The notes: a model not told the origin generated them from the sequence alone. A stretch of 64,000 nt of DNA from Blastocystis sp. subtype 4 (GCF_000743755.1 NW_014569544.1:1-64000); one strand, 5' to 3'. Shown: positions 50,160-63,581, counted from the first letter of the stretch. Program-made: numbers and translations.

Positions 50160-51975
50160 ATTGATCAATGTACTCCTTAATGAAATCAACAAATGTCATG
50201 ATATCATTGAATGTGGTCATATAACCTAACGAAACGCGAACTAATCATCAATCTAATCTCAAATTCACTTACTTCCTCCAACAGGATGACCATTAACCAT
50301 ATCATTGGAATCAGAACAAGAATCCTTCTCCAAAGACAAGCTATATCTAAATTCTTTTGAGAATAACTTACATCTTCAGAACTTCTTCAGATTCATTCAG
50401 ATACTTTCGACAAGCCCCAGGATTACAATGACAACCAGTACGGATATGAATATTTCTAGCAGCAGAAGCCAGTTGAATCTATCAATGAACACTTCTTCTC
50501 AATACTACATCATAATAACCAAAATACGAACCATCTGGATGTTTCAGATTAAATGCTACAATGCCACCTTGAATATCCTTATTATTGGCAGCATGTTTGC
50601 CATAAATCTCCACTAATTCTGCACCATTACTACAATCATCATTCCTATTCTAATATCAAACCTGTGATGAAGTGAAGATAACTGCTCATAGAGATAGCGA
50701 GTAAGACTGTAAACATGAGAGTTAATAACATCGATCCCAAGGTTTTCAATCATATCAAAACCGTATTTCAAGCAAGGAATACTCAGGAAACTGATTGTTC
50801 CATCTTCGAATCGACTGCAAGGACGACCCTATAAGTTACTGATTCATTCTTTCTCTACGTGGAACAAACAAAAATGATCCTTATCACTGGCAATGGAGAC
50901 AGTACCACCACCCCAATACAGCTTGTTCAGAATATCAATATTACTGTTTCGGATCAATAGAGCACCCAAACCTGATTGTAATTCAACTCTAAAGAACATA
51001 CCTGTTGGATAACCAAATATCTTGTAGAATGACATTGTCACGAAATCTGGCTTCACCTTGGAGAGATCCAAACGATTCGTAGGAATGAATGCAGCTGCAT
51101 CCAATAATACTAACCATTTGTTACCCTAACAATTATTTATGATACCATCGCATACATCAGGGAAGTAGCCATCTTGAACTTGTTTGATCCAACTCAATGG
51201 ATACTTCACACCTGCAAAATTATCTTCAGCAGGGAAGGCAAAGAGGCTGTATGTGTAGTTGTGATCATGAACACCAAACATCTCCTTCATATCTCCTTCA
51301 CAAATACAGGTACAAGACTCATCTCGAGCCAGGTCCTCTTCATTCAGCACTCGAAAACCACTTCCAAATCGATAGGCATACTCTCGAATGCCAAGAACAG
51401 AGTTGTGATTCTATGAAATGATTCAAAATACCAGATACAAACCTCTGCTAAATAATAAAACTTAGAATCCTTGCTCCAAGGGAAGATCTCTCCCACTGTA
51501 TGAAGAGCACCTGTAGCTCCACTGGTGAACACAATAGAGTACTCCGAAGGAGAAGCATGGAAGTACTTCAGTATCTTCTCTCTCATGTTCTCGACCTACA
51601 TTCAAACCTATCTAATACACCTACAGCATGCTCTGTATTCAGACTAGATGGACTACGGCTGTGGGCATTGCCATATAAGTTGGAGAGAAGAAGGTTATTG
51701 CACTCAGTGACTTGGGATTCTCTGTACAATCCAGCTCCAGTGTAGTCCAGGTAGACAGCTCCTCTCATTCGCTTCATATCATTTTCGCGGATTGTGTCAA
51801 TTGTTCCGTTATATCCATAGTCATTACCGAATCGCCTCATAAAGTCCTCGAATTCTGGACGGGTTATCTCTTCGCTAACAGTATCATCGTTTAGAAAAGA
51901 CGGAAGATCTTCAAAATCTACCGAATAGGTAAATGCAAGTGAAATTAATAGAATAGAATAAAGAATGCTCTTCAT
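50160..51975 (-). CDS. Molybdenum-cofactor sulfurase-like PLP enzyme (class V aminotransferase domain only) with signal peptide; stop probably made by polyadenylation
   Basis: VYLDYTGAGLY, YGNAHS, FTSGATGAL, FPAEDNFAG, LDAAAF, SFYKIFGYPTG, RTGCHCNPGAC, RVSLGYMT. Confidence 0.88.
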
Positions 51976-52246
51976 ATAAGATAATTTGTGAAGAAGAGGG
52001 ATACAATCAAATGCAGAAGGTTCCCAGAAACTTCTACGGATCATGCATTTGGAAAGACTTCTTTAGGCTTGAACAACTCTCTATTTTGGTTTAAATGGGT
52101 GACTACCTTGTGTGCAACAAGAGAGATGAATGTTGAGAAGTTTCGATCTTGTCTCGGGATTGCAGGAAGCAACCATTGTTGACTTCTCACGACAACGACT
52201 GATACACCAAACCATCTTACCACAATTTATACTACCATTGATTCTA

Positions 52247-53033
52247 ATGCTATCGCTTCTTAAGAACAGCAACCGCTCAGAACGAGTTTAAATCCATTTC
52301 CTTCATCATGAGAATAGATTCTGGTCACTCTAAAGGCTTTGGAGACATCTCCTTATGAAGTGACTATGGTTGATGAGGAACCTGTACCAATGAATATAGT
52401 TGTACTAATGGAAAGGAGTTTATTTACGTTAATGGCGATGTCAAGCTTTCTGACTCCTACTCTGTCCTCAAGTATGTTATTGTATTGATTCGTCATGTAC
52501 AGAACGATTACATCCGATTCGCCACTCTATGGGCAACGAAGTGACTCGGAAAAGATTCGTGTCGATGAAGTGCATTTCATACCTCGTATTCATTTATAGT
52601 GGATCGAATTTTGTAAATCTCTCGAAGTTCCCGTATCTGTTTTAGTTTGGTTGGCAACTGGGAATCTATCTCGTGATGCTGTCCCTGTCTTGGTAGTAGT
52701 ATATGCGTTCTATTAGCATTAGGCCGAGAAGAAAGCACGTTCTGATATCATGCTTTCGCTTCGAAAACTGGAAGTGGCTCTAAAGGAAACTCCGTACCTC
52801 ACTGGAGACAATGTGACGATCGCTGATATTATTATTGGTTGCTGCCTTCGTCCACTGTTCATGTTAGTGTTTGGTGAAGTTGAGCGGAAGAATAATCCTT
52901 GCCTGTGTGCTTGGATATCAAAGTTGTATGCTTCGGTGAGTGAGAGAAGGTGAGTGTAATTCATAGCCGATGTTCCTGGAAACTGTGGGTGAAACTACGT
53001 TATTGGTAGGTTCGAAAAAGGGTAAAAAGAACT
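52247..53033 (+). CDS. GST-fold protein (EF1B-gamma N-terminal-like); stop probably made by polyadenylation
   Basis: PLYGQRSDSEKIRVDEWIEF, LEVALKETPYLTGDNVTIADIIIGCCL. Confidence 0.75.
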
Positions 53034-53062
53034 GGAGTGTTTGTTAAAAGAATGAAAAAAAG

Positions 53063-53151
53063 TCCGAGCTGCAGGAATCGAACCAGCGACCCTTAGATTG
53101 CTGCGGAGCAGCCACTACAGTCTAACGCTCTACCAACTGAGCTAAGCTCGG
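53063..53151 (-). tRNA. tRNA-Tyr(GTA) with 16-nt intron
   Basis: CCGAGCTTAGCTCAGTTGGTAGAGCG-TTAGA-CTGTAG[tggctgctccgcagca]A-TCTAA-GGGTCGCTGGTTCGATTCCTGCAGCTCGGA, followed by an oligo-T Pol III terminator. Confidence 0.95.
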
Positions 53152-53235
53152 TCTGGTTTTGAAGGTAATCCCTATAAAGAGCACTCTCAATTCAAATGAA
53201 ACGGTCAAGTTGTAAGTGCAAACTCATTTCCCAAA

Positions 53236-56200
53236 ATGGATCGTAGACCTCTCTGTTATCGCTGAAGTGTAGTTCCCATCGTCTTTAACAAGGATCATAA
53301 TATGAAGGACTTCATCCGAGCTGAAACGGAGTCCGTAATGAACGCTGTCGGAAGCACCGAGTTGGATCGTGAAGGTGTCCGCCTTCTGTTAATAGTGTTG
53401 ATATCATATTTTGGTGATTTGGTAGAGGCTTCATAATAATGTGGTTCCTAATGAGAGCACAATTGACAGCTTCTTTGTTAATAGAAAGCCTAGAATAGGA
53501 ATGGAAGAAATTATGGATACTGTGTTTCGGTATGGTGTTTTTGGCCTTGTTGAGTGCTAGCATCCCAATCCCAAATGTAGAAATCAGACCCAATCCAATC
53601 TTCCCAAAAGAGCAACTAGAGAGTTGAAGTGTATTCGCCACGTGATGTGTAGTTACTCCTCTATTTTGCCCGGATGTATCAAAGGTCAAATATGATGATA
53701 CTGATTTTGTCAATGAGAAATCGGGAATGTTGGGTAAAGGAGTAAACGTTCCTCTAGTAACTTATTTGTAGTATAAATCAATCTTTGGAAAGCAATCCCA
53801 CCTTCGTTTCTGTATTGTGAATAGTGTATTGATTGTTTTTCGTTTTCATTGTAGACAGAGTTTTCCATTTACGAGAAAGCGAATAGAGAGAACTTGAAAA
53901 AAAGATTCCCTCTTGGTCAGATCGAAACAATCCAATGTCTTGTATGCATGAAAGATCATCTTGATTATAGGACCACGAAAAGAACGGATTTCCATTTATG
54001 ATGCGTGCAGGAGAAGCCGAAGTTGTGTTATTTTGTGACGATGAGTCTACTCGAAAGGAATGGGTTTCCACGATTGCTACGTTCTGTCTATTGGAAATGG
54101 TATCAACAGACACCGTCTCGAGAGAACGTCTAGAATCGTTACTATTTTTGCCATTCCATAATATTTAGTCTTGTTGGAGCAGGTGCTAATGTTAATGCAT
54201 GTTACGGGAAAATGGATCCAAAGCCTGTTGTGTATCATTTGATTAAACACCGTCACATGGCTGAGGCAGAATGGTTGCTGCTTCATGGAGCTAGAGCTAA
54301 TTGTTTGCTTCGTTGGGAGTTTATGGTTAATGAGAGACTAATGACCCCTGAAGAGCTGCTAAGCTTATTAGAACGATTGGTAGAACAGAACTGTCATGAT
54401 GTGAATGTGTGTATTCGATCAGATGATGGGTTTAAGATGATAATTATGCACTATCTCTGTTATTTTGGGTGTGTTAAGGAAGTAGAACGATTATGCAATG
54501 TACCTGAAAGCCAAAGTCTTTTGAATGATGCTACGGATCGAAATGATATTGCTCTGACTATCGCCCTTCTCTCACCCGCAACTTCTCTTGACCAGAAAGT
54601 TTATTTGGCTCGCTTACTGTATTCTAATTCTAATCTGGCCATTTGCAATCGTTCATCTCAGAGTCCTGTTCAGTTGACATTGCTAATGGGTCAGATGGGT
54701 CTTCTTTTCAGTATGTTACCCCAGGCATTTAATGTTCGATATGACCGTTTCAACAATACTATTCTTCACCTTGCAATCAAAGCTGGACTACCTACAATTG
54801 CTCGTTATATCCTACGTTATAATAACTTTGGAGGGTTGGATCATATGGACACTGGTAATGATACCGTGCTGACTCTGGCTATCAAAGCTGGAGTTGAAGA
54901 TCTGGCATGTGAGATCCTGAAAAGTGGTGCTGATGCCACTCTGGTTTGTAATGATTGGAACTGGCCTGATTCAAGTCGTGACAAAGCTCTTCATCAAGCA
55001 TTGAAGAGAGAAATGCAAACTTTGGCAAATGAGATTTGTCAAAAATGTGGAGGTTTTTTGGACAAGGATACAAAAGGGGATTCTCCTTTGCATATTGCTT
55101 TACAACACCGATTAGATGAATGTGTGCGTTATTTGGTTCAGAGTGAAGATGCAGCGTTGTTTATTGATGAGCGTAATGAGAGTGATCTGGATACACCATT
55201 GCACCTGGCTCTGAAGTTGGGCTTCTTTGATCATAGTCTGTTACTCATTCAACATGGAGCCAATGTGAATATTGTGAATCGCTGTGGACTGACTCCATGT
55301 CACATCCTTGTGATGGTAGCAAAGAACGATTTTGCTTCGGTGGCAAAGGAGGTTATGTCACATGATCAGATTCGTACTCTGATGCAGGAGTTACTGAACA
55401 GGAATCCTGATTTAGAAATACTCTCTGAAAAGGCAGCAGATGGAGGTCGTGAAACATGTGTTCACATGGCAATTCGAGGTGGGGAGTTGACAGAAGAATT
55501 AGCTGAAATGTGTCTTAGTACCGAGAAGAAGCTTGTGAATATGAGAGACAGTGATTTGGCAACGCCTTTGTTACTGGCTGTCCAATATCGTAACTTACGA
55601 TTGGTCAAATTGCTCATTGATGCTAGTGAGAAGAATGTTATGAATGCAGATCGAGATACACCTCTTCATATTGCAGTGAATTGTGGAGATGTCGAAATTG
55701 TACTTTTTTATGGAATTCCATGATTTGATAGGTTAAGGTCCTTGTAGCGAAAGAAGCATATGAACGCATTTGGAATGCTGATGGAATGTGCCCAATTCAT
55801 CTTGCTGTGTTGGCTAATAACCTTGAAGTTCTCCGTCAACTGAAGAGCAATGCTGTAGATCTGAACTTGCGAACACGAATGGGATTCACTCCAATCATGT
55901 TGGCTCTACAGCATGGTTGTTTCCCTGTGGCTGAGTATCTGCTTCAACATGGCAGTGATCCCTATCTCCTTGATAACCAAGGTCGTTCATGTCTCACCAT
56001 TCTAGCAGATGCAATTCGAAGTGCGTCCGAACCTTCCCAGTATGCAGCAATTGCTCGTCGGATGTTATCATTTGCAGAAAACTATCGCTTGGATTGCTTC
56101 GGAACAGGGGATGCTGTAGAAAGAGATATTGCTACGCTAACAGATTGTGTCAAGACAGCTGTTGCTAAGGGTGAGTTAGCTGCTCAGGAGGAACCAATGC

Positions 56201-57026
56201 CTCCTCAGCACTTTGATGATACAGAAGGTCCGAATGAGAAATGGAGATGATCAGTAGAACGATTTAATTATCCTGCAGACTACACGGGTGATTTGGGTTC
56301 TTCACCGGTAGCTAGGCAAGCACCAGTACAGTTTGTAGCAGATCCTGTTGATGGAGCATATTTGGCGCAAATGGGAGCTGAGGAGGTACCTCAGTCAACT
56401 GCTGCTGCGTATCAGCAACAGCCTACAGTGACATATGAACAGCAGATAGCTGCGACTCCGTATGGGCAATCAGAACAATACAAGACTCCTGTAACACAAT
56501 ATGAACAGCCTAAACCCGAACAGCCTGCGGCTGTATCGTATTCGCAGGCCAGATACGCATCGGAGGCAGAGCCCTCAAGAGAACAGGAGTGTACTCGTGA
56601 GGGTGATCAGGTCTCTGAATTGAGGGCCAAATTGGCGTAAGTGCGAAGAAGAGAATCAAATGTAGTCAATTGGAAGCGATTCGTGCTGATCAGCTCCAGG
56701 ACCTACAGAGTCTGGATAATGAAGAACAGAATGAACGTCAACTTTTGCAGAAGCGTGCGGCAGAAAAGGTCGAGGTTTTTATCCAGTCACCGAAGGGTCA
56801 AGAAGCATTGAGTAAAGCTGTTAGCAAATTGCGTGATCGCAATCTTAGTAGTGATGAAGCTTACAGTAAGGCGTACAAGTTCTTTGTAGATCGTATGGTG
56901 AAATCAGAGATGGAATCTGTGGCTAACAAGTTTGCTTCCCAGAAACAGGATATGACTGCAAAGTTATCTAGAACAGAGAATGAGATTGTGGAGATAGAAG
57001 AGCAGTTAAAGAGTTTGGGAGTTTAA
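53236..57026 (+). CDS. Ankyrin-repeat protein with C-terminal Gln/Pro/Tyr-rich region and coiled coil
   Basis: Many TPLH/SPLH/TILH ankyrin cores (GDSPLHIAL, DTPLHLAL, GLTPCHIL, DTPLHIAV, GFTPIMLAL); 5' exons approximate. Confidence 0.8.
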
Positions 57027-57062
57027 TCTAGTTTTTGTGTTCGATTTTGTTTGTTAGTGAAG

Positions 57063-57482
57063 ATGGTTGGATTGGATACATTGGGTCATAGTTTAGAGTG
57101 ATTCAAAAGCAGCTGCGAGAAATGCTGAGATTGACGAAATATCAACACTTGTTGGTCTTGGGATGGGTATAAAATAATCTGTAGACACAGAATCTATTAA
57201 AACAAATGGTAGTTGTGAGAGATGGGAAGTATAGACTAGCAAACTCGATTTCAGGACATGTCAACATCAATTCTAGCTAAGAATATCCTTTTATTCAATA
57301 ACTATCGTGTATGTCTCTTTCATGTTCAGTTGATGAAATGAGTAGTCGGATTGATGATCTAGAGAAGGAAGTTGATCGTTTAGCAGCAAAGGTCAGAGAA
57401 AGATTGAGAGATGATGGGATAGAACGAAGACGTCGCTGCTGCTGAGGGTGAGCTGGACACGCTGAAGAAAACGGAAGAATGA
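57063..57482 (+). CDS. HSBP1: Heat shock factor-binding protein 1
   Basis: Spliced translation M|SDSKAAARNAEIDEISTL|TQNLLKQM|QTRFQDMSTSILAK(I)DEMSSRIDDLEKEVDRL; missed by the ORF track. Confidence 0.88.
57283..57329 (+). other. U12-type intron with AT-AG ends, 47 nt
   Basis: 5' ATATCCTTT; 3' TTCAG; splicing restores the conserved K-I-D-E-M-S-S-R-I-D-D-L-E. Confidence 0.82.
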
Positions 57483-57582
57483 AAGACTTTACCATCATCG
57501 TGTTTGTTGATCACACGCCATCTTCGAAAACACGATAATCAAGATCGTTGTACTTTCGACACTAAATATCGAACTAAGATCA

Positions 57583-58906
57583 ATGAGTGCCAATGACGAT
57601 TTCAGTCAAGTTGTCATTAGTTTGTACGTGTTTTGGTGTGGTAACTACTCAGTTTGAATACATATGAGAAGATATTGGCCGCTTTAAATCGAGTTCAGAG
57701 ATGCTCCCTCATTACAACAACTCTTCCCTATTCCATCACAGCAAAGAATCTCCAGGTCGAGATTAATAATATTGCTCAGATATTGAATGCATCTAAAGAA
57801 GAGTGTGAGTCATTGATCCATGATCTATCAGACATACTTGATCCAAACGGCAATAATAATAGTATTCCAGGTGTATGAAAGGGTGATGGTATCAGTTTGT
57901 AGGCTATCACTACGATTCGTTCTCATTTGCAACGACTAACCTCTCCTTTCGATACATCACTTCTTTCATCTGTTTCCAACACTCTGGATATCAATGACTC
58001 TCCTCCCCTTCTTCCACAGATCTCACCATCACCTTCATTCCTTACCTTTCCACCTGACGGATCCTTTCCTCTAGATCCATCGGATCTATATCATTATACT
58101 GGTGAACTGGACCCACTTAGTCGTTTGAATCAATGGCCCGTTCACTCCGAATCGCCTCCACCACCAACAGAGAACAATTATCAACGCATAGCCATCCCTC
58201 CTCCCATCGTCATTCCTCCAGTGGCTACCAAGATGCCTTCACCTTTGAGGAGTCCCAATTCACCGTATGCAGCGAGTATGCATCAACTCCCTCCTATCAT
58301 CCCTTCCACTGAGGTCAAGACTCTGGTGCGAAAGCCCTCGCTCCAGCTTCCGGAGATAACAACCACAGAGAGACCAAGTCGACATCGACGGCGTGAAAAG
58401 ACCGAACAAGATGAGTCCTATGATGAGGGAGTTCCATCCACTGAAGAACCAGTAGTGAAACGACGACGAGGACGTCCTGTATGTGTGTTGATGTGTATGA
58501 ATGGTAGCGAAAGAATCCAGATGAAGAGGAAAGAAGGGTACATCAGAAACCGAAGTGGTGTCATCAATGCAAAGCTCGGAAAAGAGATGTGATTCAGTGT
58601 TGTGGAGAAGGTAAACCTCGTGGTGCGAATAATCAAATGTATTGATATGAGAGAGAATGAGATGTAGTTGCTATCGAGCCTATTGTGCTAAATGCTTAAA
58701 GAAACACTATAACGAAGATTACAACGAAATCAAGAAGCGAGGGAAGAAATGGCTATGTCCAGGTTGTCGTGACACTTGTAGCTGCGCTGCTTGTGTCCGT
58801 AAACGTTATGCTGATCCACGCGACATCCCAGAGAGCCTCCAACAACGAAGAAATTCACGCTTCTTTAAAACAAACAAGCGAATCATTCATCAATTAACAT
58901 CTGAAT
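57583..58906 (+). CDS. AT-hook + zf-4CXXC_R1 zinc-finger protein (CDCA7/JMJ-like finger); genomic stop at 58941
   Basis: KRRRGRP|RK, WCHQCK, YCAKCLKKHYNE, WLCPGCRDTCSCAACVRKR. Confidence 0.82.
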
Positions 58907-58913
58907 TCTCTGT

Positions 58914-60114
58914 TTACATTGTAACAATGGTACCATCATGAGACAATACAATAGGACCATGATAAAACTCACCAACTCGATTCTTTAGAAGAGTTTCCAT
59001 CTTATCTCTCACTTCTGGCTTCTTCACTTCATATCGAGCGCCAATATGAATTAGAACAAGCTGTTTGGTGTTCACTTTCTCTGCAAACAAACCAACCATC
59101 TCCGCTGTACTGTGCTTCCAAAATGCAGCTGAAGCGATAATCTTATCCCAGCGGGCTTTGGTTCGTTCTTGTGATAATAGTTCATTCTGTAATTTCGGGA
59201 GCTTGCTCTCAGGTTGCCTCAAAGCATCACGATCCATATCCGTGATAATAGGTCCATAGCTTAATTCATGAAACAAAATATCACAATTTTGAATCAAATT
59301 TACCATTTTGCTAGGGATAAAAGGCAATCAACAAATGTACGAAGAATCACATGTATCACCGAATACTACGATCTTCTTTGGATCATTCTCAGTTGAACTC
59401 TCCTGGAAACAGTAACCCCAACAAGGAACCATATGAACGAGAGATCCACTTCGCATGGAGCCAATGTCGTTCTAGAATGACACTTCTAACAGATCTCTAC
59501 GTTAAAACAGGTCCAGTAACCGTCATCATCAGGATAGATCGCTGATACAGTCACATTGGGACTCTGGAATGAAGATATATCTAAATTTGAGTTAACAGAT
59601 ACAGAGCAACTATCCAATTCTTGGCCTGGAGTCAAGAATTCATGAATGTGAATGTCACAGAGTTGATCCATTTTGCAATAGAAGAGAGTGGGGAGAAACA
59701 TTGATGCCAGATGATAAGGACCATAAATGTCGACACACCATCGCTCTTTATCATTAGCATGAACTATTTGAAAATAACCAGAAGACGACCTACTTGCTCC
59801 CATATCTGCTATTACAGCAGCTAAGCCACTTGCATGATCGACATGCAAATGAGTAATAAAGATGGTTGATAATGAATATCTCCTGAAATTTGTAGCATAT
59901 TTGATCATTTGACGGAGTGTTCCTACATCAGACTCTTGATGCAAGAAGTACCATCTCCACAATCAAACAACCAACATTGTTGCTTGCTATTGGAGCAAGT
60001 GTATGTAAGTCCGATAGAGGTTTCTATATCTAAGTCCATCCCATCACATAAACGGTTCCTCATTTGGTTCACCATCGATCCAGATCCAAACACAGTAAAC
60101 TGAAAACGATTCAT
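58914..60114 (-). CDS. Ribonuclease Z, short form (ELAC1/tRNase ZS-like)
   Basis: FTVFGSGS, WLFDCGDGT, IFITHLHVDHASGL, HMVPCWGY, VFGDTCD, DILFHE, HSTAEMVG, LVLIHIGARY. Confidence 0.88.
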
Positions 60115-60414
60115 TTGGATGTACAAGTATCTGATTTGAATAATGCGAAATAGAAACAATTTCTGGGATTGAAGATTTGGTATCCATTATTGTCATCTGA
60201 TCATTTTTAGTTTGCTGTTAGGATTTACTAACAAGTAAGTAGTATTGTACTGTTACCTGAGACGCAGAGGACGAGTAATACCATAGTACCTATTAATGGG
60301 TACTTGCTAGAAGGTCTCTGCAAAAGAGGTTGCTTCTATTAGGGGCTATGAAATACGTTATTTTCATTGGCTTAAAGGGGAGGCGTGTGATTTAACTAAC
60401 AAGTTATAGAAACG

Positions 60415-62494
60415 TCACAACTCATCATTTATTGGCATATTCTGATCAATCTTCAACATCATTTGAATGATATCGTATATAATCTCATGACCCATGGATG
60501 TGAAGAATTCCATATCATTAATGACAGATTCAATTCCAAACCATGCAGTAACAGTATTATCTTCATTTTGAATAACAAGTATCACTGTTTCATTCTTGTT
60601 ATTGTGATATTCCCACAATACTGTTCCTTTTCCACCATAGTTCAATCGATTGTATCGTTGGATCTGATAATGAATAGAACATTATTTGCTTACTCTCTGA
60701 AGTGTCTTTCCCTTGTATCGAAGTGAGGATGTCTTGAATACTGGAGCGATTTGCACTTCATTATCTGTGGTTTGTCGCTTCTCAGAGAGAATCCGAATCG
60801 TGCGAGAACAAGAATCACACTTCGAGAAACAGATACAGAGGTTGGGCTGTGCTTCTCCTAATCTCTCATTGGCTGTGACGATGTCCACTGTGAAATGATT
60901 GGTGAGTGATTGATACAGACGGAAGTAGTTCGTATAAGCAGATTCACCATTACTGCGGCGTGTATCACCAACAGGTTTCTCGAACCATCGAATCATCTCT
61001 CGATGTCTCTTCGAATCACGGTTCAATCGAATTGGAATGATAAGTGAGTTGATAATCAGACCACATACTTGATATGAGGGAGAGATCACTTGAAGAGTAA
61101 TGAGAGTAACATATGGGAATGACTGATCGATGTGTGTGATGTGGATAGTAGAACAGTTCACACTGGATCTGATGATTGGTCGTAATTCTCTGGAACATAC
61201 TGTGATTTGAAATGATCGTGAGGTCATTCCTGGTCCTCTTAGCATCATCAACACAGACCACACTTACACTGATTGTAAAAAGAATGGAAACTGTTCTGAT
61301 GGAATATCTACATAATTGGGAATGGCACAAAATGAAGGTATTTCAGTTTTTCGAAGTCTTCCATTTGGAATAATCCAATCTCCTATCTTCATTTCACTAC
61401 TTGCTAACGCACAACGAATGAGTCCAGGAGTGACCTCCACTGTCTCGTGAGTAAGCCACTGATGAATCAATGCTATCAGCCCTGCTACGATGGGTGCAGC
61501 AATACTGGTGCCAGAAGAAGAAGTGATTCTTCCATTCGCATCCACTATCGGAACTTTGTAGCCAATCATACCCACCTCAGGCACTAATCGTTGAATTGAA
61601 TGATTCCGATAACCACGAGAACTACCAACAAGGACATGTTTAGAGTCTCGGAGAGATCCAACACTGATAACAGATGGATGATCAGCGGGACTGAGAACAG
61701 ATCTAGGATTGATGCTCATTTGCACTTCTACCCCATCGAGGGACCATCGTTTCCTGCGGCAGCCACGACTACCACACCCGCTTTTGTTATCTCACTAATG
61801 GTTTCCTTAATTGCTGGCTCGTTCATATCCCGACCTCCAAATGGTAATACAGCAATAGAACAGGACTCTGTGACTGCGCGGCGAAGGCCTTGGCAAACCG
61901 AAGAAGTCGCAATATCTAACCTTTAGTTACTACTATTTGAACTCACTCTCATCACGACTTACTACCTTCAGTGACACAATATGAACATCGGGAGCAATGC
62001 CTCGACAATTTGGATTCTGATTCGCTATAACCTATCTCTATCACGATTTTCAATAGGCCATACTGATATGGAAGCTGTACCATGATTCAATACATCTTCA
62101 GATGAAGAATCCGATGAAAGATTGATAAACTCAACTGGATATTTTATTTGGAGATTATCGGAAGGAGAAACACCAGAGTCAAGAATGCAAATCCTTTCAC
62201 CCTCTCCTATGAATAAGAAATTCAATTTAACAACAACCAAAGAACCCATTATCGTAGAATTCATTAAGATCTAATTCTTCAACCCCAATCCTCTCTTAAA
62301 TTGATTGATTCGCTTCCAAAATATACCTGCCATGGTGAAGATCATCAAAGGTGTCCAAAATATCAACCACCATATCATTCTTTGAGACTAGCAGTACCTT
62401 ATCTTTGGCTTCACGTGCCTACAGTCTTTTCGATGAATGACAACCAGCAAAACTGCATCCAATTCAATTTTGGTAATCCGGACTCACTTTCCAT
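60415..62494 (-). CDS. Subtilisin S8 serine protease (site-1 protease/SKI-1-like)
   Basis: Catalytic triad ILDSGV, NHGT, SGTSIAAPIVAG; oxyanion AAGNDGP; SPADHPSVISVG. Confidence 0.85.
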
Positions 62495-62537
62495 CAACTT
62501 TACCTAATCAAATCCTGTTTATTGAACGCTGCTAGTC

Positions 62538-63484
62538 ATGGGAAACTGTCATTCGGGACCTGTATGATTGATACTAAATGGTTTGAGATGGATAGAGTCA
62601 GTATGAGATTGAACAAAGTAACATCGAGTTGATCTTGTCAAAAAAACGGGATGAATTGACAGAAGAGGAACGAGATATTATTCAGCAATATTTAGATACC
62701 TATTCTGATGTGGTTGTTAGGATTCGGACTGCTTTGAGTGATATTGATAAACGATTGAATGGAGTGGATCCTGAACCAGAACCAGAACCAGAATTTGTTC
62801 CTACACCTGCAGATAAAGCCTTTGCAAAAATATCAAGTGTAATGAAGAATCTGAAGCGTCAAATGAAGCAGGTAGGACTTGAATCAGCAAATAATGATTA
62901 GTATGACATGGCTATTCAACACTATCGTCAACTTGCCAAAGAAAACAGAGCAAACGAAGTAGAAATGTTTGAATTGATTTATTGTAGGATGCCGTCAAAG
63001 ATTACTTGAAAATTGTTATGTAGTATTCGCCTCTAATTCTGATTCTAGGAATTGCCAAAAAGCAGCTACAGCTATCGACAATCGAATGGCTGTCCTTGAA
63101 GAGAAAATCTCGATATTGAAAGAAGCAGACATGACACTGGATCATATTGTTATCATGAATGAGGTTGCAGATAATCTAGAAGCAGTTCAGAAGTCTATGG
63201 GAACGGTTGAAGAGTATCAAGCCACAATCGATAATCTTATGGATCTGGATGAAACTTTGAAGGTAGCTTCAGATTCGAGAAGTGAGTCATAGGATATGGA
63301 TATCCAATTAAATGACGCTGTGGAAGAAGATGACGGCGATCTAGACGATTACATGGCTTCGTTGGATAAAGATCTTTCTACAGAGATGAATGCTTTACCT
63401 GCTGCTCCAACAACACTTCCAGTTGTTGAGAAGAAAGTTGAAATTGAAACAGAAACGGAAGAACGGGTAGCTGAGCTGGAATAG
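62538..63484 (+). CDS. ESCRT-III Snf7-family protein with N-myristoylation-like start (Vps20/CHMP6-like)
   Basis: MGNCHS start; basic helical N-half and acidic C-half (NLEAVQKSMGTVEEYQATIDNLMD, DDGDLDDYMASL, LPAAPTT.LP). Confidence 0.7.
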
Positions 63485-63581
63485 TTGGTCTAACGGTTTG
63501 TGAGAGTGTTTGTTCAGATTTGGTCTTTGTGGATGAATTCTCCCTGTTTTCTGGAATCCAGACTTGTCTTTGCAAAGGAAG

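Noticed and set aside
62773..62793. GAACCA tandem repeat
   Set aside because: Encodes a PEPEPE linker inside the Snf7 gene
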